NCBI GenBank assembly: GCA_947169405.1
Contig: CAMVPS010000003.1
Location: forward strand, 23,064 to 87,063
DNA: 64,000 nt
Source of the DNA: an uncultured Bacteroidales bacterium
GTDB taxonomy: Bacteria > Bacteroidota > Bacteroidia > Bacteroidales > UBA932
Direction: 5' to 3'
The number at the start of each line of letters is the position of its first letter. Within the stretch, counting starts at the first letter, position 1. Made by a program: the position numbers and the translations under genes. Below are positions 10,056-19,806 of the stretch, one piece after another. The notes under the pieces were generated by a model. The model had not been told where the DNA came from, ran no database searches, and saw only the letters and a program-made list of their open reading frames with translations.

Positions 10056-11540
10056 TTATTCGACGGTGATGATGATGCGGCGGTAGGCAGGGAGGGAGAA
10101 GGGGCCATCGTCGTGGACCTCACAGACCAGGTGGTACTGCTGGCCGGGGGTGGCGTCGGCAGGGATGGTGAAGGCCGCTACGGGGGTGGCGGGTTCTGCG
10201 ATGGCGGGGAGGGTGACCTGAACCTTGGCGTCCTGGGGTTGGTCGATGGCGGGGTAGGCCGTCTCGCCGGGGAATTCCTGGAACCACCAGGCGAATCGTA
10301 AGGCGTCGCCGTCGGGGTCGCTGGAGGCGGAGGCGTCGAAGCGGAGCGAGGCGCCGGGGCGGGCGGTCACGGGCAGGGGCGCGAGACCATCGCCGTTCTC
10401 GAGGCGGAGGCGCTTGTGCCCTTGCTTCCCGTTGATGACCACGACCGGGTTGCGGTTGCCGCGGCCCTCGGCGGCCCATTGCATGCGGGCGGCGAAGTCG
10501 TTGAATTCGTCGGGGTAGAACTTGTGCTCGTAGGCGGAGGAGATGCCCTTGAGGGGTTCCTGCCAATTGGTCCAGGCCGATGTCTCGCCGTCGGGGGAGA
10601 GGCCGAACTGGTGGCAGCCGCCCCAGCCGACCTGTTCCGGGTGCTCGGGGTCGTTGAGGCCGTTCGGCATTACGTTCAGAAAGCTGGGGGTGTCGCCTTC
10701 GACGCCCCAGAGGTAGTGGGGATAGACCTTGCCCATTTCGCCGTGGCCTTGGATGAGGGCGGCGTACTTGTCCCAGTTCTGCACGCCGAGGGCGTTCTGG
10801 TTGAGCCAGGCGCTTTCGTCCCAGACGAGGAGGAGATCATCGGCAAACTCCCGGCGGAGCCATTGGTGGGAGCTGTAGGCGCGGTTCAAGCGCATACCGT
10901 ACACCATGTCCTGGTCGGTGATGGTGTACAGGCGGAACTTCCGGAGGAAGGCCTTGAACGCTTCCGGCGAGCGGGTCTGCTGCACTTTCCAGATGGCCTG
11001 GGAGAGGGTGTTGGCCCCGCCCCAGGAGCACACCCAGATGGGCCGGGGGTCGTCCTCGTCGGCGAGGCGGATCAGGAGCTCGCTGCCGGGGGAGTCGTTT
11101 CCTTCGCCGATGACGCCGATGCCGGCGCGGGTGCTGCCCATCGCCGTGCGGCTCCGCAGGTAGCCGGCGCTGGGCCAGTACCCGAGCGCCTGGGCGCCCT
11201 GCTCCTCCTCCGGGCTCCGGAATCCGGCCTGCCCGGACCGCTTCATCAGATTGTTCACATCGACCTCATATCCGTCGATGACGCGGTGCAGGTATTCCGC
11301 CCATTCTGCCGGGTACGGGTCGCAGTTCCAACCGATGGTGGTGACAAGGCCCTCGATCTCGAAACGGTCGGCGTAGGCGAGCAGGCGGACGGCCGACTCG
11401 TTGTCGTCCGGCTCCACCTCCGCCGGGCCGATGTCCGTCAGCACGACGATGCGGGGCTTGAGCGGCGTGGGAGCGGGGGATTGGCAAGCGGCCGCGAGGG
11501 TGGTCGCGGCCGCCAGGAAAAGGGTGAAGTGTTTTATCAT
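10056..11540 (-). CDS. DUF1593 (Sde182-like) nucleoside-hydrolase-like lipoprotein with C-terminal Ig-like domain
   Basis: RIVVLTDIG..EPDD..S.VRLL.YAD, WGGANTL, EGDTPSFL, FAARMQW; AAAC lipobox after the ATG at 11540. Confidence 0.85.
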   Translation of the reverse strand: MIKHFTLFLAAATTLAAACQSPAPTPLKPRIVVLTDIGPAEVEPDDNESAVRLLAYADRFEIEGLVTTIGWNCDPYPAEWAEYLHRVIDGYEVDVNNLMKRSGQAGFRSPEEEQGAQALGYWPSAGYLRSRTAMGSTRAGIGVIGEGNDSPGSELLIRLADEDDPRPIWVCSWGGANTLSQAIWKVQQTRSPEAFKAFLRKFRLYTITDQDMVYGMRLNRAYSSHQWLRREFADDLLLVWDESAWLNQNALGVQNWDKYAALIQGHGEMGKVYPHYLWGVEGDTPSFLNVMPNGLNDPEHPEQVGWGGCHQFGLSPDGETSAWTNWQEPLKGISSAYEHKFYPDEFNDFAARMQWAAEGRGNRNPVVVINGKQGHKRLRLENGDGLAPLPVTARPGASLRFDASASSDPDGDALRFAWWFQEFPGETAYPAIDQPQDAKVQVTLPAIAEPATPVAAFTIPADATPGQQYHLVCEVHDDGPFSLPAYRRIIITVE

Positions 11541-11652
11541 CAGAAACTTGCGTTGCGGAGGTAGAGGGCGCTTTCGCGGAGGCCCTTGAGGATGTTGGCG
11601 GGATCGTTGCTGCTGAGGCCGATGCAAAGATGGGAAAACTTATCCACGGGGA

Positions 11653-12201
11653 TTAGTCGTTAAGACCGAGTTTCTTGTCCAGGTCGACGCTCCAGCGGAG
11701 GGATTTGAGGGTGGAGCGGGAGAGGTCGACCTCGGCGGTTTTGCCGTTGTGGTCGAACTGGAAGCGGAGGCGCTTGCTCATCAGGAACGGCTTGACCACA
11801 ACGCATTCTGCCGTGTCGGGAACGGTCAGGCGCTCGGTCAGGGAAGTCCGCCGGCAGGGGAAGGTGGCCGTCGTCCCGGGCTCTTCGTCGGTCAGCGCCA
11901 GGAGCGAATCGAGGGTGGAGAGGACCTCGTCCTTCGTCGCGCCCAGGCACAGGCAGGTTTCGTCGACGTGGGGGATGGCCCCCTGGATGCCGAAGAGTTC
12001 GAACTCCAGGTCCGGCGTCTCGTGGCGGAGGCTCAGGTAGTACCCGAAGGTCCCGTCCTCGTCCTTGTAGGAGAACAGGGAATATTTTTCTTCGTTCTGT
12101 TCGATCTCGACGACTTCCCGCCGCAGGCCGGCCGGGTAATTCTGGGCCCACGCGGACGTCAGGACGCACGCGAGGGCAGTGATGGCGATGATTCTTTTCA
12201 T
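11653..12201 (-). CDS. Hypothetical secreted protein
   Basis: Signal peptide MKRIIAITALACVLTSAWAQ; host-like codon usage. Confidence 0.7.
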   Translation of the reverse strand: MKRIIAITALACVLTSAWAQNYPAGLRREVVEIEQNEEKYSLFSYKDEDGTFGYYLSLRHETPDLEFELFGIQGAIPHVDETCLCLGATKDEVLSTLDSLLALTDEEPGTTATFPCRRTSLTERLTVPDTAECVVVKPFLMSKRLRFQFDHNGKTAEVDLSRSTLKSLRWSVDLDKKLGLND

Positions 12202-12296
12202 ATGCTTAAGTTGATTTTCTGTTTCCTTGACAAACAAATATAGTGAATATTGCCGGAAAGAATGCGTATCTTTGAAACAATTAAATGTTTCGCGCT

Positions 12297-12719
12297 ATGG
12301 CCAGGATCTACGTCGCCTCCAGCTGGAGGAACCAATACTACCCCGAAGTGGTACAACGCCTGCGGGAGGCGGGGCACGAAGTCTACGACTTCCGCAACCC
12401 GCCCCACGGCGGCGCCGGCTTCCATTGGACCGACATCGACCCGAACGCCCCCGATTGGACCTACGCCCAGTACGCCGAAGGCCTCCACCACCCCCTCGCC
12501 GAGCGCCAGTTCCAGGCCGACATCGACGCCCTCACCTGGGCCGACACCTGCGTCCTCGTCCTTCCCTGCGGCCGCAGCGCCCACACCGAAGCCGGCTGGA
12601 TGGCCGGCGCCGGCAAGCGCGTGGTCGCCTACATCCCCGAAATGGTCGAACCCGAACTCATGTACAAGCTCTTCGCCGGCGTCGCGGGAAGTTTGGACGA
12701 GTTGGTGGAAAAACTGTAA
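12297..12719 (+). CDS. Nucleoside 2-deoxyribosyltransferase/TIR-like fold protein
   Basis: IYVASSWRN, VYDFRNP, D..VLVLPCGRSAHTEAGW; TATCTTTG promoter element at 12267-12274. Confidence 0.7.
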   Translation: MARIYVASSWRNQYYPEVVQRLREAGHEVYDFRNPPHGGAGFHWTDIDPNAPDWTYAQYAEGLHHPLAERQFQADIDALTWADTCVLVLPCGRSAHTEAGWMAGAGKRVVAYIPEMVEPELMYKLFAGVAGSLDELVEKL

Positions 12720-12733
12720 CCCTAAACCCCGGC

Positions 12734-13192
12734 TCAGAACCCCGGCTGGGTGATGTGGAGGGTGCCGTAGAGGTGGTTGGACGTGTCCACGGTGATGCGG
12801 CCTGTGAAAGGGCAGGGGAGATTCTTGGGATTGAAGGCCTCGAACTCGTTCAGGGCGGCGCGAGGGATGTAGCCGAGCAGCTTGCCATCGGCCCGGATCA
12901 CCGCCTGCGCCCGCGGGTCGTGCGCATTGTCCGGCTCCGCCCGCACCTCTCCGCGGATAGGCCCGATATCCACCAGCGAACAGTAATACCGCAGCCCTGC
13001 GATCTCCGCCTCCATCGTCTTCCGCGCATTCGTCCGCGGCTCCGGCCTCGGCGCCGAAGCCGGCGCCTGCTTCTCCGCCAGATACTGCCGCTCGCTCCCG
13101 CCCCGCTGGTCATACCTCCGGTCATGATCGTCCCGGAAAATGAGGAACAGCGCGACAGCAGAGACGAGGATTACAAGGATGGTCAGGAGCAT
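12734..13192 (-). CDS. Membrane-anchored HIRAN domain protein
   Basis: N-terminal hydrophobic helix; IAGLRYY, EPDNAHDPRA and LGYIPR are HIRAN motifs. Confidence 0.75.
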   Translation of the reverse strand: MLLTILVILVSAVALFLIFRDDHDRRYDQRGGSERQYLAEKQAPASAPRPEPRTNARKTMEAEIAGLRYYCSLVDIGPIRGEVRAEPDNAHDPRAQAVIRADGKLLGYIPRAALNEFEAFNPKNLPCPFTGRITVDTSNHLYGTLHITQPGF

Positions 13193-13204
13193 AGGGGTGG
13201 AGGG

Positions 13205-14278
13205 TTAAATGGAAGGAGTAATGAGAACGATCCAGCTACTGTTTTTGTCGCGGGCTTCAATATAGCCTTTTTCTTTCAAGCTGGAAAGGAGCCGCTGGAC
13301 GGCAGATTTATTGATGCCGGTAATCTCTCTCAAACTGTCGATGGTGATGGACGGTTGCGTCTGGATGGCACGAAGAATCTTGGCATAGTTGGGTGTCCGG
13401 AACTCCACGCGTTGGCCGTCATACCACCAGACATTCTCGCTCGGTTCAGTCAGAAAGCGGACATCGTTGTAAATTTCTTCCGCAACAAGCGTAGAGAAAT
13501 AGCGAAGGAAAGGACGGATATGATCCAGGCCTGCATGTGCACCAACACAGGGCGTGGGTCCCACCCCCAGGTCTGCTTGGTGGAGTGCTTCCAAATACTC
13601 TTTTTTCTTGCGGCTGCGCACCACGATCATCGGGTATTCATGCCGAGCAAGGATGTAATTGGAAAGAAGGCGGGCAATCCGGCCGTTGCCATCCTCGAAC
13701 GGGTGGATCCTGATGTAGCGGTAATGGAAAAGAGCGGCCAATTCGACAGGAGAGAGTTTTCCCCTTGTTTCTTCTTCGTTGTACCAGTTGACCAGGTCGC
13801 TCATGAGAGCCGGTGTCTCTTCTGGGGAGGCATATTCAAAACGGTTGCCATATCGCGTGATGACGCTGTTGGGACGTGTCTTGTACCGGCCAGCGTGAAT
13901 AACATAGCTAGCCTGCTGGCCGCCAGGCAGCTCACGGCAAACGGTGTAATCTTCCCGGAGCAGCGCCTTGTGGAGTTCCCGAATAAAGTTCTGCGTGAGA
14001 GGCATTTCCTTGATGACGGCCTGCTCCTGCATCATCTTTAAGCCGACGTTGCTTGCTTTCATCTCTTCCAGGTCTTTCATCTCTGCTTCACCGATAACTT
14101 TGTCGAAGAGCAGCAGCAACTCTGTCTGGCCGTATGTCAGCGTATTCCCTTCGATATGGTTGCTGTTGAAATTGAAATCAACGGTAAACTTACGGCTGAG
14201 ACGATTCCGGTCCCGGTCGGAAAGAGGTTGGATCGCTTTCCAAGCGGCAATTGCTTTGGGTACAGTCAGGTACTTCAT
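13205..14278 (-). CDS. Fic family protein with C-terminal winged HTH
   Basis: HPFEDGNGRIAR Fic motif; SNHIEGNT inhibitory-helix-like motif; C-terminal HTH. Confidence 0.9.
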   Translation of the reverse strand: MKYLTVPKAIAAWKAIQPLSDRDRNRLSRKFTVDFNFNSNHIEGNTLTYGQTELLLLFDKVIGEAEMKDLEEMKASNVGLKMMQEQAVIKEMPLTQNFIRELHKALLREDYTVCRELPGGQQASYVIHAGRYKTRPNSVITRYGNRFEYASPEETPALMSDLVNWYNEEETRGKLSPVELAALFHYRYIRIHPFEDGNGRIARLLSNYILARHEYPMIVVRSRKKKEYLEALHQADLGVGPTPCVGAHAGLDHIRPFLRYFSTLVAEEIYNDVRFLTEPSENVWWYDGQRVEFRTPNYAKILRAIQTQPSITIDSLREITGINKSAVQRLLSSLKEKGYIEARDKNSSWIVLITPSI

Positions 14279-14379
14279 TCAAAAATGTAGTCTATTTGGT
14301 GGTAAATATACCACTTTTTTTGAAACATTTATAGAGAAATCCGTACTTTTCGGAGAATTGTTCAAAATGAACAACCACT

Positions 14380-14721
14380 CTATGTCGGAAGGATCTTGTC
14401 GAGAGGTTTTCTTTTCGCCAAATCATCGACAAGCTTGTCAAGAATCCGAAGGTCGCGCATACGAGGATCTTCAATCTCCTCGACCCGTATACCGCAAATC
14501 TTCCCCTTCACCTGAAACCGCTCTGGATTCATGCACGGCGCCTTATCCAGGAACTCCCCATACGTAGCATCACTATCCAATAACGCCCGCAACTCCTCCT
14601 CAGAATAGCCCGTAAGCCACCCCGCCACCGCAAAAACCTCCCCCTCCGTGCGCCCCTTCCGCACCGCCTTGGCGATGAGCAAAGGAAACACCTTGGAGAA
14701 TTTCATTTCGAATATGTCCAT
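14380..14721 (-). CDS. DUF2200 family protein
   Basis: MKFSKVFPLL..KA.RKGRT, WLTGY, GKICGIRVEEIEDP, LDKLVDDLAK. Confidence 0.85.
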   Translation of the reverse strand: MDIFEMKFSKVFPLLIAKAVRKGRTEGEVFAVAGWLTGYSEEELRALLDSDATYGEFLDKAPCMNPERFQVKGKICGIRVEEIEDPRMRDLRILDKLVDDLAKRKPLDKILPT

Positions 14722-14766
14722 AGTGCGTCAAAGATAGTGAAAATAGCGGAGAAAGAGATGATGTGA

Positions 14767-15001
14767 CGGGAAGGTTGCCGGGCGGCGGGGCGGGCCTGCG
14801 GAATGACGGATTTCAGCTATTCGCGTAGGCGGGAAGGCGCTTGACCGCCGAACTCGCTCAGTTAGTCCCGCAAGCGGGCCTAAATAGCGCTCAAACAAAC
14901 GGCGTCATCCCGTTCCGGGACCGCACCTTCCCGCCTGCTCACTAGCAGCTGAAATCCGGATTCCGCAGTCCCATCCCCGCCGCCACGATCGAACCTTCCC
15001 G
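14767..15001. repeat. Long fold-back element, copy 1 (core 14803-14958)
   Basis: Core equals the reverse complement of 23070-23224 with 3 differences; nested stems extend out to 14767/15001. Confidence 0.9.
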
Positions 15002-15186
15002 AGGGGGTATATAAAAGCGAGCGCGGACCAACCCTGCCCCCACGCTTTCTATGGACGCATACCCCGCTTTAGGCCCATTCAAATAGGCCCCAAAAGCGGG
15101 CAAATGAGGCTCTCAGGCCGTAGAAAGGAAATTCTTCCGCGCTCGGTTTTTATGACGAGGGCGGGGAAGGAAAACAGGATTCAATG

Positions 15187-17751
15187 TTAGAACCCAATCT
15201 TCTTTCTCGGGGCGCGGTAGGTGGAGTTTAGGTTCACGAACTTGGTTTCGAGGTAGTCGCAGCCGTATTTCTCATTGGAGCAGGCCAGGACGGAATAGGG
15301 ATTGCCGTTGACCGCTTTGCCGGTTTTGACAACCTTGATACGGCCGCAGTGGCATTTGGGACAACGTTCCGGTTCCGGGATGTCTGCGCCGGGCTTGATG
15401 TCCGAATTGAGGGTCGGGACAAACTCTAGAACAAACGGCGAAGGCTTGTTGATGTCATAAAGCACCCAAGTATGCTTCTTGGCCCGGGTAATGCCCACAT
15501 AAAAGATGCGGCGCTCTTCGCTGAAAGCATAGGCATCCGGTTCGCTGAGGACGTATTTGAGGATCGGACTGTCACTGATTTGAGAGGGGAATCCAATTAA
15601 GCCACTGTTGCAGTTAAGAAGAATCACGTAATCGCATTCGAGCCCCTTGGACTGATGGACGGTCATAAAATCCATCTTACGCCGACCATAGGTCACGTAA
15701 ACTTTATCCTTCGTATCGTGAATCTTCAAGTCCGTGTTTTTAAGAACGTTCACATCGAAATGATAGCGTCCTAACAGGAGAATCTCTTTGTCCGCAGGGA
15801 TTTGATCAGCCAGATATTTGATGGTCTCGGCGATGCTTTCATAGCCATCCGTCGACAAGAAATCAAGTTCCGTTTCCGCGTCAATACTGAAGGAACGGAC
15901 ACTTTTGACCGCTTGCTCCGGATTGGCAAGGATGAACCGGGAAGATTCCTCGATCGCCGGCTCGCCAAATCGGTAGGTGGTTTCCATCAAGCATTTCTTG
16001 GTGAACCCGAAGAACTTTTCAAATTGCTTGAAGAGCGCCATGTCGCTCCCGGCAAAGCGGTAGATGGACTGCCAATCATCACCCACGCAGAACAACTTCG
16101 TGAGCGGTTTCTCGCGCCTGAGGGACTGTAGAAAGCGATACCTGTCCAAAGAGATATCTTGGAACTCGTCGACCAGGATGTAGTCATAGTCCGGCTTGTG
16201 CCCGTGGTTGCACAAATCCGTCGCCTGGATGATGGCGTCGGTAAAGTCTATCTCGCCAAACTCCTCTTCCAACTGCCGATACGCCTCCACATAGGGAGCA
16301 ATGATGTCGTTAAGGATGAAACGATCGGGCCCCATCGCGACTTTCTGACGGATATCATCCAAAGAAGCCCCTCTGGACTTTAAAAGGAAGATGAAAGATT
16401 TGAGCATCCCCAAGATGTTTTCCTCTTGCCGGAGCAATTCTCGGGAGACATCCTTGGATGTCGATTTGCTGAAGACTGCACCTAAATCCAGCAGCTGCTT
16501 CGAAAGCTTCTCAAAGACATCGCCGCGATGGAAATCTGCGCTTGATGTCTCAAGGAGAATTGTTCCCCGGTCCAAATGGCATTTCCGCTTCCACTCGATT
16601 CCCTCCAGATAATCATACTCTTCGTTATAAGTGAACCACGGAGGGCAATGCCCCTCTTCATTGACCGCAAAATGCTCCAGATAAACACGCTGCTGAGAGC
16701 CGTCCGGACCATCAATATATATCGAGAAATCGGGCTTGTACTGCCGATAATTCGCATCCGCCGTATGGAACTCGTAGTTCTCTTCATAGCGGAACTTGAC
16801 ACCGCGCGACCCAAGAAAGTCACAGATTTGGCTCTCTTCATCCGACTTGCAGAAAACGGGCTTCCCATCCATATCCTTGAAAAAGGCCTGGATCCCTTGC
16901 TTCTGCCGATCGAGCATATAGGCCTCTCGAGAGGTATACTCGAACTGATCCTTCATCGTGTAACGGGACCGGATGATGTAATCGCCAATCGCTGTGCGGA
17001 AAGCCGGGCTCTCTTCGGACAATTTGTAATAAACCTGCACCGGGAAGTCCTCGTCCGTAATCGAAGGCTTTTCCCCCGTGGCTTCGCCAATGATATCCAA
17101 CGCCAGTTTATGGAAAGTCCGACACTTCAACTTTTTCTCCCCCAACCGCTCCGACAACGACTGCGCCGCCTTGCGGGTGAAAGTAATCAAAAGAATCTTC
17201 TCGGCCGGAACATGCTGCTTGTCGATGAGATAGCGCACCTTTCCCACCGTCGTCATCGTCTTCCCGCTCCCAGCGCTACTGATTACCAATACATTATCCT
17301 CCAGCGAAACCACCGCCTCCCGTTGCTGCGAATCAAGCGGATAAGTCAACACCGTATCGAAATACTGCGCACAGGAAGAGAGCTGATTATCGACAAAATG
17401 ACGATTATTGCTCTTCTTATGCTCCGTCGTGTCCGTCATGGCCGTATGAAACCGACGGAACACATCCTTGTGCATAAACTCCTCAATCTCCTTACTATTG
17501 AGTACTGGTTGGACTTCCGAGTCTAAATCACGATAATCCTCCAACAGGGACAATCGTTCGGTCTCGGTAATGTAGTGATTGAAATTGTATAGCGACTTGA
17601 TCTCCGCAAACGCTTTTTCCACCTCCGGCTTCAATCGGTTGAAGATTTCCAACCGCTCCTGCCGCTTCTTCTCCTTGATCCGCGGCCGAACGGACAGCAT
17701 CAGCCATAGGAAGATGGCTAGAAAAGGGATAATCAGGAGGAGCCAAAGCAT
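15187..17751 (-). CDS. UvrD/HelD (DNA helicase IV-like) SF1 helicase with N-terminal TM helix, internal PD-(D/E)xK-like insert and C-terminal Zn ribbon
   Basis: SAGSGKT, LVDEFQD, VGDDWQSIYRF, TVHQSKGLE, EERRIFYVGITRAK; CPKC...C....C at the C-terminus. Confidence 0.88.
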   Translation of the reverse strand: MLWLLLIIPFLAIFLWLMLSVRPRIKEKKRQERLEIFNRLKPEVEKAFAEIKSLYNFNHYITETERLSLLEDYRDLDSEVQPVLNSKEIEEFMHKDVFRRFHTAMTDTTEHKKSNNRHFVDNQLSSCAQYFDTVLTYPLDSQQREAVVSLEDNVLVISSAGSGKTMTTVGKVRYLIDKQHVPAEKILLITFTRKAAQSLSERLGEKKLKCRTFHKLALDIIGEATGEKPSITDEDFPVQVYYKLSEESPAFRTAIGDYIIRSRYTMKDQFEYTSREAYMLDRQKQGIQAFFKDMDGKPVFCKSDEESQICDFLGSRGVKFRYEENYEFHTADANYRQYKPDFSIYIDGPDGSQQRVYLEHFAVNEEGHCPPWFTYNEEYDYLEGIEWKRKCHLDRGTILLETSSADFHRGDVFEKLSKQLLDLGAVFSKSTSKDVSRELLRQEENILGMLKSFIFLLKSRGASLDDIRQKVAMGPDRFILNDIIAPYVEAYRQLEEEFGEIDFTDAIIQATDLCNHGHKPDYDYILVDEFQDISLDRYRFLQSLRREKPLTKLFCVGDDWQSIYRFAGSDMALFKQFEKFFGFTKKCLMETTYRFGEPAIEESSRFILANPEQAVKSVRSFSIDAETELDFLSTDGYESIAETIKYLADQIPADKEILLLGRYHFDVNVLKNTDLKIHDTKDKVYVTYGRRKMDFMTVHQSKGLECDYVILLNCNSGLIGFPSQISDSPILKYVLSEPDAYAFSEERRIFYVGITRAKKHTWVLYDINKPSPFVLEFVPTLNSDIKPGADIPEPERCPKCHCGRIKVVKTGKAVNGNPYSVLACSNEKYGCDYLETKFVNLNSTYRAPRKKIGF

Positions 17752-17896
17752 ATGCAAAGATAGCGAATTATAGTCAATGCGGTCGTGGAGGGGACCGCTT
17801 TCTTTTTTATGGTAGCGGGTCTATACTTTTTGTGGCCAGTAGGCCGTGGTTCAATTGGCGAAGATGGAGTACTTTTGTGAGTCTAACATCTTCATT

Positions 17897-18385
17897 ATGG
17901 CGTCACAAATACAGGTTGGAAAGGCTATCATTCGTCTTCGTAAATTGCGTGGCTTGTCTCAGGAGAAGTTTGCACTTGAGTCAGGTATAGACAGGAGATA
18001 CATTAGTGACGTCGAAAACGGGAAACGAAATGTTTCTTTTGAGTTTCTGAATAGAGTTGTAGTTTTTTTTAATCTGTCTTTGAGTTCTTTTTTTGAAATC
18101 GCAGAGCAATCTGTTTTGTTTGGGAGCATTGACGAACTAAAGGCTTGCCTTATCGAGCGAGGAGAAGAAGAACCCGTTTATTTTACAAATCCCGATTTCG
18201 TAGATGCTATCATCGGAATGAGCGATGACGGTCGCCTTGTTTATTCATATTCAAGAATGGTTGAAAGTCTCATGTTGGAAGAGAAAATGAGCTACGAGGA
18301 GGCTGTTGAGTTTATTGACTATAATACAGTTAGAACTATTCCTTATATGGGAGAACTTGCCCCCATTATTGTTTATCGTTTTTAG
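17897..18385 (+). CDS. XRE/Cro HTH regulator fused to a small C-terminal domain
   Basis: LRKLRGLSQEKFALESGIDRRYISDVENGKRNVS (HTH_3); second domain DAIIG...EEAVEFIDYN...P. Confidence 0.8.
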   Translation: MASQIQVGKAIIRLRKLRGLSQEKFALESGIDRRYISDVENGKRNVSFEFLNRVVVFFNLSLSSFFEIAEQSVLFGSIDELKACLIERGEEEPVYFTNPDFVDAIIGMSDDGRLVYSYSRMVESLMLEEKMSYEEAVEFIDYNTVRTIPYMGELAPIIVYRF

Positions 18386-18394
18386 AGTAGAGAT

Positions 18395-19804
18395 ATGAAA
18401 ATAGAAGACCTTAGGGATTACGCACTTGGCAAGGCAGAGAGTTTCGGTTTTGTTCAAAAGAAAGACGAAGCATCTCCAGGAAACGCGGTTTTTCGCTATA
18501 ATCCTAATGATAAAAAAGGTGCGAATTATTTCGGTTTTATAAACCCCGATGAGCCATTTACGAATGCCTATTCAGACTTTTCACTTGTGGTTTTTGCTAT
18601 TGACGGCAATTCCACTTTTTTTGTGAGTCTTGGCATTGGCACTCAAGGCTTTTCAAATGATTATGAAATTGCTTCGCAGCCAGGGCTCCGTCGAATATTC
18701 CTTAAGTTGCTTGACAATTCAGGGAAGTCTTTCTGTAAACCGACTTTCTCGGATACAGAAAGCCTATCGCAGGATTTCGAAGAATACGTTTCAGATGAGC
18801 ACCCAGAGTTTCTTCCTGTTGTTGAGAAATACGGGCGGTATTTACCCGTTATCCGATGCCTTAATTACGATAATCCATCAGATAGAACCGTTCTTGATGC
18901 ATGGATCGCAGCATATGCAGATCTTCGACATTGGGCAACAAAGAAGGATCACCGTGCAAACATAGAAAAGGCTCTTAGAGCGTGTCCCCCTCCGGAAAAG
19001 GAAGATGATCTCAACGCAATAAAGGAACTCCTTTTTGAGAGAAAATACATTGTCCTTCAGGGGGCTCCCGGGACAGGTAAAACGTTTACAGCAAATCGTA
19101 TAGCAAAGACAGAGTTTAAGGAGAAGAATGTTGTTTTTGTACAGTTCCACGCAGAAACCACATACTCTGACTTTGTATATGGAATTGCGCCAAGTATAGA
19201 AACCCCCGGGACGTTTGAAAAGAAAGAAGGAGCATTGTACAAGGCTATCAAGAAAGCCGAGGAGACCCAAGAGGATGTCCTACTTGTCATTGACGAAATC
19301 AATCGAGCAAATCTAGCAAACGTACTCGGCCCGGTGTTTTATCTTTTTGAAAACGCGACAGAGGATCGATCTTCGCAGATATATGTTGGTGATAAACCGG
19401 TCAGGCGTCTTCCCGACAAGCTGTATGTTATTGCTACTATGAATACTGCCGACCGGAGTTTGGCGGTGGTTGATTTTGCTTTGAGGAGGAGATTTGCTTG
19501 GTATACTCTGCGTCCTAGGATCCTTTCCGAAGAGGAGCTTAAGCCGGATCAGCATTTCGATACAACTCTGTATAACAGAATCGCACGCATTTTTGAACGA
19601 TATGCAACAGACGAGGAACTCAACCTTCAACCCGGCCAGTCTTATTTTGTTTCGAATAGTTCAGAAGGGGTTTCTAGGAATAAGATTGTCTATGAATTGA
19701 TGCCATTGATCAAAGAATACTTACGAGAAGGATACTTACAAAAAGCCAAAGAATCATTTTCTAATCTGTTTTACGAGAAGGTGCAGCTTCAGCTTTTTGA
19801 GTAA
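18395..19804 (+). CDS. mcrB: McrB-family AAA+ GTPase
   Basis: GAPGTGKT, VQFH...YSDFV.G, IDEINRANL, MNTADRS (NxxD), DFALRRRF. Confidence 0.9.
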   Translation: MKIEDLRDYALGKAESFGFVQKKDEASPGNAVFRYNPNDKKGANYFGFINPDEPFTNAYSDFSLVVFAIDGNSTFFVSLGIGTQGFSNDYEIASQPGLRRIFLKLLDNSGKSFCKPTFSDTESLSQDFEEYVSDEHPEFLPVVEKYGRYLPVIRCLNYDNPSDRTVLDAWIAAYADLRHWATKKDHRANIEKALRACPPPEKEDDLNAIKELLFERKYIVLQGAPGTGKTFTANRIAKTEFKEKNVVFVQFHAETTYSDFVYGIAPSIETPGTFEKKEGALYKAIKKAEETQEDVLLVIDEINRANLANVLGPVFYLFENATEDRSSQIYVGDKPVRRLPDKLYVIATMNTADRSLAVVDFALRRRFAWYTLRPRILSEEELKPDQHFDTTLYNRIARIFERYATDEELNLQPGQSYFVSNSSEGVSRNKIVYELMPLIKEYLREGYLQKAKESFSNLFYEKVQLQLFE

Positions 19805-19806
19805 TA

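Noticed and set aside
12227-14041. 604-aa plus-strand ORF spanning three genes
   Set aside because: It overlaps the NDT-like gene in another frame and is antisense to HIRAN and Fic; low-complexity translation.
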